Positions 55,043-64,000 of a stretch of 64,000 nucleotides of DNA are shown piece after piece. The DNA comes from an uncultured Acidobacteriota bacterium. Lineage in GTDB: Bacteria > Acidobacteriota > Blastocatellia > RBC074. The position numbers were made by a program, and so were the translations under genes. Positions within the stretch are counted from its first letter, which is position 1. The number at the start of each line of letters is the position of its first letter. A model generated the notes under the pieces. That model saw nothing but the letters and a program-made list of their open reading frames with translations, had not been told where the DNA came from and made no database searches. The DNA lies in assembly GCA_963796275.1 (NCBI GenBank), contig CAWCKY010000006.1:960001-1024000 (forward strand), given 5' to 3'.

Positions 55043-55330
55043 GCCGCGTAGCGGCAGGGATGAGCCTAATCCCGTTTTTCAACGCCGCACGGGCATCCAT
55101 CGTTGCGTAGCGACGGCGTGAATGTAGCCGTGGGTTTCAACCGGGTTGATACCAGGGTTCAACCACCGTGGTAGAATTCAGGCGTCGCTAACGCGACGCG
55201 CCCATATCTTCAAACCTTCCGTGGGTTAAAACCCGGTTAAAACCCACGGCTACAATCAGCCGCCGCTAACGCGGCGAAGAAAGGGTACATCGGTGCGTCG
55301 CAAGGTGAGGGAGCTCGCCGACCGTGGGTT
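55043..55330. repeat. REP cluster of the same family as 47988-48170
   Basis: TTCAGGCGTCGCTAACGCGACGCG...AAACCCACGGCTACAATCAGCCGCCGCTAACGCGGCGAAGA is the reverse complement of ~47987-48082. Confidence 0.82.
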
Positions 55331-55464
55331 GAAATCTACACAAATCAGAGATCTCGCAATTCAACTAAAATGAGGGAGGTTATACATAATGATTGGCCTC
55401 CTCTTAGCCCGATTCTGATTGCTGAAGTTCAATAGAGAGTGTATTCCAGATCACCTCGATCGCG

Positions 55465-55610
55465 GGATGTATCTTCGCAATGGACTCAGACGGTGAACTC
55501 CTTGAATCCGTGAATGAAGTTGGATTGATCAAAATACCTAGTTCTTAGGAGATAACTTCGAAGGATAAATCACCATCTCCAGGAGGGTGATCGCCTCTGA
55601 TATATCTTTT
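55465..55610 (-). pseudogene. Degraded remnant of an AraC-family HTH C-terminus
   Basis: The minus strand reads ...EAITLL / GDLSFEVIS*ELG / YFDQSNFIHGFKEFT / LSPLRRY across frameshifts, matching the AraC GY.DQS.F.R.FK...G.SP motif. Confidence 0.5.
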
Positions 55611-55651
55611 CTCTCGCGATCCTGTCGGCTCTGCCAAACTCTCCTTGAGGC

Positions 55652-55753
55652 TTGTCAACCTCGAAGTTTCGGTTATAATGCGGGCGACCTCACCCCTGAC
55701 CGATCGGTAAGTAAAATGCTCGTTGTCAGTGCCAGCTTTTCGGCTATAATGCG
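55652..55753 (+). promoter_or_regulatory. Two tandem sigma70-like promoters
   Basis: TTGTCA-N16-TATAATGCG at 55652-55682 and again at 55723-55753. Confidence 0.65.
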
Positions 55754-56041
55754 TGTGCCTCTATGCAAAATCGGGCCGGCAGGCAAAACCGGTAGACGAT
55801 ATTACCAATTGCCTGACTTCCCACTGAGTATATTCACTCACTAAATAAACATAGATATAGACATATACATCTTGGGCTAGCTGAGGAAAGTTGGATGGAG
55901 TGCCTCCATAATTGGAGAACACTGCATCTAAACGCTTAACCGATTTCCAAAGTCAGACTTACAAGTCTTCTTTGTCGACACCCGAAAAACATTGCGATCA
56001 ATGGGAGCTTCAAAGCTCCCGAAAAATTACAAGGAGGAGAT

Positions 56042-59000
56042 ATGCGTTTTTCCGCCAGCTACAAAAACTATACATCTCTAGTATTACTTTTATTGCTCTG
56101 CGCGTGTTTCGTAACAGTGCGCGCGCAAGTACCGACGGGGGTGATCCGCGGTGTGGTTTCAGACACGACCGGCGCCGTCATCGCCGGAGCCACGATAATT
56201 GTGAAGAATAAGAACACCGGAGCTGAACGGTCGGTGACGACCCAAGCCGATGGCCAATACCAGATCGGCAATCTGTTGCCGGGAGAATATGAAGTATCGG
56301 TAACCATGACCGGTTTCAAGAAACACCTTTCTAGTATTACGGTCGAGGTGGGCGATACTGCGACGGCCAATCGCAGCCTCGAGGTCGGTGAGACTTCGGA
56401 GACCGTGGTTGTCTCCGGGGATGCATCAGCGGCTGTCAACACGAGCGATTTCAAAGTCGACGGCGTCATCACGCGCCAGAAGATCGACAGCCTTCCCTTG
56501 AACGGGCGCAACTTTCTGACGCTCGCCGCGCTCGAACCGGGCGTGCGCATCTCAACCGGCAGTCCGGGCGACGCCAATAGTCTGGTCAATGTCTCGGTGG
56601 GGGGAGCCAGTTCGGCGCTCACTCGGTTGACCGTCGATGGAGGCAGTATTGTCGATGGCGTCACGGGCGGCGCTGCCCAGAACTTTTCCATCGAATCGGT
56701 ACAGGAATTTCAGATTTCATCATTCAACTTCGACCTGTCGACCGGCGTCACGTCTGTCGGCGCGGTGAACATAGTGACGCGGACAGGAACTAACGAATAT
56801 CACGGCAGCGCATTCGCTTTCTTCCGCGACCGTAATATCGCGGCCTATCCGGTGATCAATCGCACCGCGCAAACTCCCGATCCATTCTTCCGGCGTTTGC
56901 AGTCAGGATTCTCAGTGGGCGGCCCCATCAAAAAGGACAAGGTTCTCTTTTTCTTCAACCTGGAAGACCTCAATCAGGATGGCGTCTTCTCGAACGTCAA
57001 CACCGGCTATTCGCTGGCAGTCCCCGGAGGCGGAACTTTCTTTCCTCTCTCTCAGTTCGACTCTGTTGCACCGAGCCCATATAACCAGTTCCTGACCAAT
57101 GCGCGCGTGGATTATCGCTATAGTCCCAAGCACAATTTCTTCATCCGTTACAGCGGTGATGTGAGCGATGCATTCGGGCCGGTTATCGATGCGCCTCCCA
57201 ACAATTTCATCTTTTCACCGTCGAACTGGCGCAGGAACGAAAACGACGCATATGGAGGGCAAGGCGGATGGACATGGACTCCGAGCGCAGTCTTTACCAA
57301 TGATCTGCGTTTTAACTGGGGCTACGGCGGCAACAAGAGCTTCATTCCGACGGCGGCCGATTGCCCGGGCTGTCTTGGTCTGAATGGACCACAGATACGT
57401 ATTAATGGCAGCAACTTTCGGATCGGCAACCAGATTTCAGCTCCGCAGAACCGAGCTCTGCATCGATACGAGACCACCAACAATTCGAGCTATGTCACAG
57501 GCAGGCATCTCTTCCAGTTCGGTGGAACGTGGGAGAAGAACTATGGGACAGGGAGCTGGAATTTCGTAGATCCAGCGGTCATCGTCGTTCACAATCCCGC
57601 TGATGTACTCCGGGTCAATTCGATAATCAATCTTCTGTCTGATACGACCAACCCCCTACTCCCGCCCACTGCTATACCTTTGGTCCAGATATTCCGTGAT
57701 CAGGTCGCACCTCTTCTGAGGATTCCGCTGCCGGCGTCATTTTCCACACCAGGGGCCACGATAACTTATCAGGATCTTCTTCAATTGCCTGTCGCCGGTG
57801 CAGCAGTCGGCATTGGCGATGGCTCTCAACCGCCTCCATTCAATTCGAATATTGCCCGGAATAGCCAACGGTTTCGACTCTATGGCCAGGATACATGGCG
57901 AGCCAGGCAGGGGCTGACACTCAAATACGGGTTGTCGTATACCTACGAGACGAACCTTTATAATCACGACCTGCAGAAGCCATCGTTACTGTCGCCGCTT
58001 TACGGCGCCACCAATGCCAACAATCGTGACGCGAACAACTTCGCTCCATCTGTAGGGTTCGCGTGGGATGTCAAAAATGATGCGAAGACGGTGATACGCG
58101 GCGGCTTCAGTATGGCCTACGACACCAGTCTGTTCGTAAACCGATTGACGGAACGAGCATTGATTGGCCCCGCCGGCAATGGTCGCGTATCAACTACGGG
58201 CGATTTCTTCCGTAACACGACTCAATTCTCGCAGTTGCCCCCGATTGCTGGTCTTCTGTCCACCGGAGCTGTACAGTTGTTCAATCAACTCGCTGCCGGA
58301 CTGCCTGCGAATGATCCCAACCGGAGCGATATTACTGCAACTCGCGGCTTTCATCCCCAACCTGGCCTTTATCAACACGGCGCCGGGCACACCGATCAAT
58401 TTTCAGGTCGTCCCAACCAAATTCACTGCCCAGAATTTTATGGACCTCATCCAGCAGCAGGTTCCAGGGCTCCAACAACAACTAAATGCGGTCGCTGCCC
58501 AGGGTGGCCAGGGGTTGGATTTCTACAAATCGGCTCAAAATCCCGCATTTTTAATCGATCCCGCGGCGAAGCTTCCGTATTCCGTGCAATTCAGCCTGGG
58601 CGTGCAGCGCGAATTGCCCGGGAATATGCTGCTGACGGCCGACTTCGTTTCGCGAAATCGGGTTCACAGCTTCTTTTCGGCGGATCGCAATCTCTTCAAT
58701 CGTGCGGCTTCGCTGGGCGGCCCTATGATTCCAAGGTGCTCGTTGGCTGCCTCTACAGATCCGACTGCGTTTTGCAGCAATGGTCCGGTCGAGATACTCG
58801 ATGCCAGCGGTCGCGAGCAATACAAGGGATTACTCGTCAAACTCGATAAACGTTTCTCGAGGCGATACGCTTTCACTGGTTCGTATTCGTTTTCATCGCT
58901 CAAAGGATTCGACTACGGGCGCGACCTGACCAACTGGTTTGGCAATCCCGGCCCGCTCAGCGTCGACGCGCGCCACGTCTTCGCTTTCAACAGCACGGTT

Positions 59001-59507
59001 GATCTTTCACGCGGATTCCAGGCCGGATTTATCGCAAACTTCGCCACCCGCAGCCCATTCAGTGTGACGCTGCCCGGTTCGGCGGAAAGCGATATCAATG
59101 GCGATGGAACCAATAATGATCTGCTCCCGGGTTTCGGCTGGAACCAGGGCAATCGTAACCTCAGCGAATCTGACTTGCAGGCGTTGGTAGATGCTTACAA
59201 CCAGAACTTTGCGGGGCAATCTGCTCCGCGCGGAGGCACATTCCCGACTGTGACATTGCCGTCGAGCTACGGTTTCGGCGACTTGTTCCAATCATACGAC
59301 GCTCGGCTGTCGAAGCTCTTCAAATACCAGGATCGTTTGTCATTGGAGTTGATTGGCGAAGTCTTCAACATGTTCAACATCTCCAACTTCCAAAACTATA
59401 ACGGGCTTCTCAACGATTCCTTCGGGCAGCCCACATCTAAAGCCGGTCAAGCGTTCGGCTTCGGCGGTCCGCGCGCATTCCAGTTCGCGGCGAGATTTAA
59501 GTTCTAA
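56042..59507 (+). CDS. TonB-dependent/Oar-like receptor, with one apparent +1 indel near 58325
   Basis: AGGAGG SD, signal peptide and LPLNGRNF plug. Removing one base gives DPNR-AILLQLAAF, joining the 58164..59507 frame, which ends FQFAARFKF. Confidence 0.88.
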
Positions 59508-59525
59508 ATTCTTCACATCCAGACG

Positions 59526-59566
59526 CCAGGGAGATCGGGGAACAATAGTTGCCCCGATCTCCCTGG
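59526..59566 (+). terminator. 15-bp stem-loop after the receptor stop codon
   Basis: CCAGGGAGATCGGGG-N11-CCCCGATCTCCCTGG. The U-tract is weak. Confidence 0.6.
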
Positions 59567-59648
59567 AATCCTTAGCTCTCATCTCGGCAAATCTCAATAA
59601 GCCGCCAATAGACAATCGATCATACCTGCGAATATCTCCGTGAATTGA

Positions 59649-59677
59649 TTGGCTGAATTAAACGCGACCGCTATAAT
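59649..59677 (+). promoter_or_regulatory. Sigma70-like promoter
   Basis: TTGGCT-N17-TATAAT. Confidence 0.55.
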
Positions 59678-59991
59678 AGCCGCTGAACAACCGGTAGGTA
59701 GGCAATTTGCTCGGTCAAATTTTATCTGCCGCGAGTTTCAAAATTCCGGTTACTACAAACATCAGACGCTGCGCAGGGATGCGAAGAAGATAACCTCCTA
59801 AAATCAAAACAGACAAATTGACCGGCTGGCAGGAGAGGGGCTTATTTCCGGGCGTATCGGAAATAAAGGTGATTTATGAGATTCGAGGTCTCCGTGTGTC
59901 TATCGAGACCTTGAATCCATAGATTTATGCACTGCAATCAGTGCTTCAGTGTGCTTTCCATCTATCAGGAGTGCACGAAAGGAGATAAGCC

Positions 59992-62900
59992 ATGAAAAAT
60001 ATCGCCAGTTACATTTTCACGTTCTTGCTGCTTCTTCTCTCCGCGTCGATTCAGCCTCTGGCCCAGGCGCCGGTTGGAACGATCTCCGGGACGATATTCG
60101 ATCAGTCCGGTGCGGTCATCACCAATGCATCGGTCGTAATCCGCAATAAGGGCACCGGGATCGAGCGCAGGGTATCATCCGATAACGATGGCAGTTTTTC
60201 AGCGGCATCGCTCGCTGCGGGCCAGTATGAAGTGACCGCGCAGGCCACCGGATTTCGCAAATATATAAGGGAGGTGACGGTTACCACCGGCACGATCGTC
60301 AAGGTCGATATTAATATGGAGGTGGGTCAGGCGACCGAGATCGTGACTGTCGAGGCCGCCGGCGCGGCGCAGATCAATTACGAGACGGGCTCGGTCGATG
60401 GCGTCATCACCCGGCAGAAGATTCAGGAGTTGCCGCTGAATGGGCGCAGCTTCCTGCAGCTCGCTTTCCTCGAACCTGGAGTGACGGTGAGCCCTGGCAC
60501 GACCTCGCAGTACAACTCACTCTTCTCGGTTTCTGTGCTCGGCGGCGAATCCAACAAGACCGCCATTACAGTTGACGGCGGCAACATCCGCAACGGTATC
60601 GAAGGCAATACGGGCATGAACTTCTCGCAGGAGGTTATTCAGGAGTTCCAGCTTTCTTCGAACAACTTCGACCTCTCGACGGGGATCACGAGCGTCGGCG
60701 CGGTGAATATCGTCTCCCGCTCGGGCAGTAACGAGTATCACGGCTCCGGATATTACTTTTTCCGCGACCACAACATGGCCGCGTACCCCGGTTTGAAGCG
60801 TATCTGCGTCGAAAATCCGACGAATCCAATTTGCACCAATGCGAGTTCGCGGAGAGGGGTCGAGGATCCGTTCTTTGCGCGTCGAAATCCCGGATTTTCG
60901 CTGGGCGGCCCGATCGTCAAGAATCGCCTCTTCTTCTTCACCAACTATGAATACACGAACCAGACGCAGGTCTACACAGTGCAGCCGGACCTGGGTTCGA
61001 TAAGTGGATTGGCGGGCAATTTCCTGAGCCCTTACAGCGGCCATCTCTTCAGCATGCGTCTCGACTTTAAATTATCGGACAAGCACAGCCTGTTCGCGCG
61101 CTACTCGCACGATCAGAACAAGGGGTTCGGGCCATCCAGCGGATCGCCCCTGCCATCAAACTGGCTGCAGAACCAGAATTTCTCCGATCAAAGTCTGCTT
61201 GGCATCACGTCGGTATTGAAGCCGTCGCTGGTCAATGACTTCCGCTTCAATTACACCTATTGGCAGAACCGCAACCTCTTCGCAGATGAGCAGACATGTC
61301 CGGGCTGCATCGGCCTTGGTTTTCCGAGTCTCACGCTTGTAGGTTCCAACGCGAACAGCTTCGCGGTCGGCAACACGCTCAACGCGACCCAGGGCCGCGA
61401 CCTGCGCCGATTCACATTTCTCGACACGTTGACCTGGGATAAGGGCTCCCATCGGCTCCGATTCGGGATTGAGCTCGAGCACGCGCCGGGGACCGGTTAC
61501 TGGGGTTATTGCGATCCAGCCTGCACGGTGGCTTTCTCGCCTGAGGAAGTGCGCAGGTCGTTCAGAAACCTGCCTGCGGCAAATCAGGCATTTATACTTC
61601 AGACATTTTTCCCAAACCTCCCTTCAGTGATACGGACAGACCAGGACCTGTTGAATCTGCCTTTTGCCGGTGGGGTGGCCGGCGTCGGCGATCCGTCGCA
61701 GCCTCCTCCCTACAACATCGACAAAGCGAAACCGAATAATCGCATGCGTCTGTTTGCACAGGACACCTGGAAGCTCAAGCCGCGATTCGCGCTCAATTAC
61801 GGTCTGGCATGGAATTTTGAGAGCACACTCGTAAACCGCGATCTGGACAAACCGAAATATCTCCAGCCGCTCTATGGCGCTGACCTGGGGCCGACGAAAA
61901 ATAACTATAACAATTTCTCGCCCTCGCTCGGTTTCGCCTGGACGCTCGACCAGAGCAACAAGACAGTAGTGCGCGGCGGCGCGGGCCTCTTCTGGGAGAC
62001 TGAACTTCTCTGGCGCCGCTTGCAGGAGCGCGCGTTCATCGGTCCGGTGGGCAACGGCCGCGTTCAGTTCCCGCACACCGGTTTCAGAAATATCTTCCCG
62101 GGCATCGTCAATTTTAACAACATCGATCCAGCTACTGGCCTACCGCGCCCGGTTCCGGTCGGCACTTTTTTGCCTTCCAACAATCTTACAAATCTGACCC
62201 TCGGTCAGTTCCTGCAGATATACCAGCAGCAGATCGGTGGGATCCAACAGACACTGGCTCCGACGGACCTGAACGATCTATCCGTCAGGACGATCCAGCT
62301 CAATAAGTCGGCGGCACAGCTTTACCCGCAAGAATATCCGGTGCAGCGAAGTTATCAAATGAACCTTGGCATACAGCGCGATATCGGTCACGAAATGGCG
62401 GCATCGGTCTACTATGTGCGGCGCGTTTTCACCAATACGCTGCTGGGTCAGATCGATTACAACCGGTTCGACCGCCGGATCAATGGCCTGCAGACTCCCG
62501 TTATTCCGCGCTGTACGAGCCTTGCACAGCGGGATGATCCTACCGCTCAATGTTCTACCGGCGGAATCAGCTTTTGGACGCCGGCAGGACGGGGAGTCTA
62601 CAACGCTATGCTCGTAAAGCTCGACAAACGTTTCTCCAAGCGCCACCAGTTCACAGTCTCCTATGCATTAACGGGCCAGAGTGGCATCAACACTATTGTT
62701 GATCTCGATCAATATTTTGCGAGCTATGGTCCGCAGGGCGCACGTCATATTTTAAACGTGTCGGCTCTCGTTGAGTTACCACTGGGCTTGAGTCTCGGAT
62801 TCATCTCGGCATCATCGAGCGGCTCGCCGGTAATGCCGAGCGTCGCGAACGTGGACCTGGATGGAGACGGGACTACGACAGAGCCGATTCCGGGAGTAGC

Positions 62901-63300
62901 GTACAACTGTTTCAATCGCGGATGCGGCAAAAGCGATCTGGATAGAGCGGTTCAGGCGTGGAACTCGACTTATTCAGGAAACCCCAGTGACGCACGAGGC
63001 GCCTCAATTCCACAGTTGAGGCTGCCCACCAATTATCAGTTCGGCGACAGCTTCCATTCGCAGGACATCCGTCTGACCAAGAGATTCACTTTCGGTTCGA
63101 ACGAACGCTTCACGATTGCCGTTTTCGGGGAGATATTCAATTTTTTCAACGTAGCCAATTTGAGCGGATATAACTTCAATCTCAACGACCCCGATACAGC
63201 CGGGCAACCTACCTTTGGCCAGCCGACACAGCGCATTCAGCAGGTCTTCGGCTCCGGCGGCCCGAGGGCATTACAGATCGGCGGGCGATTTTCATTCTGA
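59992..63300 (+). CDS. TonB-dependent/Oar-like receptor (1102 aa), paralog of 56042..59507
   Basis: Shares VDGVITRQKI..LPLNGR.FL, QEFQ.SS.NFDLSTG.TSVGAVN, CPGC and LVKLDKRFS with 56042..59507. Ends QIGGRFSF. Confidence 0.92.
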   Translation: MKNIASYIFTFLLLLLSASIQPLAQAPVGTISGTIFDQSGAVITNASVVIRNKGTGIERRVSSDNDGSFSAASLAAGQYEVTAQATGFRKYIREVTVTTGTIVKVDINMEVGQATEIVTVEAAGAAQINYETGSVDGVITRQKIQELPLNGRSFLQLAFLEPGVTVSPGTTSQYNSLFSVSVLGGESNKTAITVDGGNIRNGIEGNTGMNFSQEVIQEFQLSSNNFDLSTGITSVGAVNIVSRSGSNEYHGSGYYFFRDHNMAAYPGLKRICVENPTNPICTNASSRRGVEDPFFARRNPGFSLGGPIVKNRLFFFTNYEYTNQTQVYTVQPDLGSISGLAGNFLSPYSGHLFSMRLDFKLSDKHSLFARYSHDQNKGFGPSSGSPLPSNWLQNQNFSDQSLLGITSVLKPSLVNDFRFNYTYWQNRNLFADEQTCPGCIGLGFPSLTLVGSNANSFAVGNTLNATQGRDLRRFTFLDTLTWDKGSHRLRFGIELEHAPGTGYWGYCDPACTVAFSPEEVRRSFRNLPAANQAFILQTFFPNLPSVIRTDQDLLNLPFAGGVAGVGDPSQPPPYNIDKAKPNNRMRLFAQDTWKLKPRFALNYGLAWNFESTLVNRDLDKPKYLQPLYGADLGPTKNNYNNFSPSLGFAWTLDQSNKTVVRGGAGLFWETELLWRRLQERAFIGPVGNGRVQFPHTGFRNIFPGIVNFNNIDPATGLPRPVPVGTFLPSNNLTNLTLGQFLQIYQQQIGGIQQTLAPTDLNDLSVRTIQLNKSAAQLYPQEYPVQRSYQMNLGIQRDIGHEMAASVYYVRRVFTNTLLGQIDYNRFDRRINGLQTPVIPRCTSLAQRDDPTAQCSTGGISFWTPAGRGVYNAMLVKLDKRFSKRHQFTVSYALTGQSGINTIVDLDQYFASYGPQGARHILNVSALVELPLGLSLGFISASSSGSPVMPSVANVDLDGDGTTTEPIPGVAYNCFNRGCGKSDLDRAVQAWNSTYSGNPSDARGASIPQLRLPTNYQFGDSFHSQDIRLTKRFTFGSNERFTIAVFGEIFNFFNVANLSGYNFNLNDPDTAGQPTFGQPTQRIQQVFGSGGPRALQIGGRFSF

Positions 63301-63386
63301 AGCCATGGGCGGATGAAGAAGAGTTCACGCGCAAAACCGCGGAGCGCGTAGCGCGAAGATACTGGGAAGCATCGAGGAGAACCGTC

Positions 63387-63520
63387 AAGCCCCTATAAGG
63401 GGCGCAATTGCCATTTGGCAATATTTACAGGGCGCGGCGGGTCGCTTGCCGGTTTACCAGGGGCTACGCGCTAAACGCGCGTTCCACCCCTGGCTATTTT
63501 ATTCTGCGCCTTCGGCGCTT
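63387..63520. repeat. REP-like element homologous to 15357-15564
   Basis: TTACCAGGGGCTACGCGCTA..CGCG..TCCACCCCTGGCTATTTTATT..GCGCCTTCGGCGCT is approximately the reverse complement of 15357-15420. Confidence 0.78.
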
Positions 63521-63559
63521 AATTCAATGTCATTACGCTCTTACACGGGGTTGAATCAG

Positions 63560-63637
63560 ATTCAACCACAAAATTACAAAGAAGAGGCCGATGGGTAGCG
63601 AACCCGGGCCTCTTCTTTTGTGATATTTGTGGTGAAT
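63560..63637. repeat. ATTCACCACAAA-family palindrome (copy 4)
   Basis: ACCACAAAATTACAAAGAAGAGGCC pairs with GGCCTCTTCTTTTGTGATATTTGTGGT. Confidence 0.7.
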
Positions 63638-63654
63638 ATTATACAGTTGCGAAT

Positions 63655-64000
63655 ATGGTCCTCGAGAACAAAGAAGCACAGCTCCGCCTGATTGACCTGA
63701 TCGCCGAGGTCAAAAAGCTCATGGGAGATCAACTCGTATCTTCGATCTACCGCGACCGCATTCGCACCGTTCGCACGAGGAGCTATCAAATCAGCGCGCT
63801 GGCGAAGCGAGTCGATGTGGAGGTCATGCATACACTTCTGGGCATCGAGCTCAGGATCGGTAAAACGCGGATGATGTGCCCCGATCTGTCGACCGCGCGG
63901 TACCTCGCCGTTTTCGCTCGCCTGGGCGTCCCGGAAGTAGCGGTTCCATACAACATTACACAAATTTCAAAACTCGCGGACGATCTGGAGTCTTCATGGT
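63655..64000 (+). CDS. Hypothetical protein, 3' end outside window (absent from the ORF track)
   Basis: Open from ATG 63655 to the window end: MVLENKEAQLRL...IYRDRIRTVRTRSY...TLLGIELRIG...CPDLSTARYLAVF...AVPYNIT... Confidence 0.7.
   Translation, partial: MVLENKEAQLRLIDLIAEVKKLMGDQLVSSIYRDRIRTVRTRSYQISALAKRVDVEVMHTLLGIELRIGKTRMMCPDLSTARYLAVFARLGVPEVAVPYNITQISKLADDLESSW

Noticed and set aside
59680-59991. Known riboswitch (cobalamin/TPP) upstream of a TonB receptor
   Set aside because: No recognisable B12-box or TPP core motif by eye. Kept only as an unknown structured leader.
63574-63963. Minus-strand 129-aa ORF
   Set aside because: It is the shadow of the plus-strand ORF from 63655, which reads as a more plausible protein and runs off the window.

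Overview
This is a bacterial window, most consistent with an acidobacterial (Blastocatellia-like) genome. That call is inferred from the gene families present: long carboxypeptidase-regulatory-domain TonB-dependent/Oar-like receptors, CRTAC1-type FG-GAP/ASPIC-UnbV proteins, an acidobacterial VWA protein and a membrane-anchored wHTH regulator. Left to right: (i) a co-directional cluster of mostly exported proteins (amidohydrolase, VOC protein, PQQ dehydrogenase, Cys/YHS-like protein, hexaheme cytochrome c); (ii) a hutH-hutU-hutG-hutI operon split by a complete IS630 element and surrounded by nested REP/MITE-like elements; (iii) a ~30 kb PUL-like locus with no SusD, containing four TonB-dependent receptors, two CRTAC1-like proteins, two TPR proteins, a signal-peptide-bearing methyltransferase-fold protein, a ToxR/CadC-topology regulator and a six-hairpin glycosidase (the best candidate for an undescribed system); (iv) VWA protein, S9 peptidase, BNR/VPS10 protein, orphan histidine kinase and orphan pstS; (v) two more TonB-dependent receptors with clear sigma70 promoters and long leaders. 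Intergenic DNA is rich in palindromic repeats (REP-like, 7-mer and 9-mer families), two of which overlap coding sequence. Seven single-base indels in four large genes look like sequencing errors. No tRNA, rRNA or CRISPR array was seen. All calls come from reading the sequence by eye; no database searches were run.
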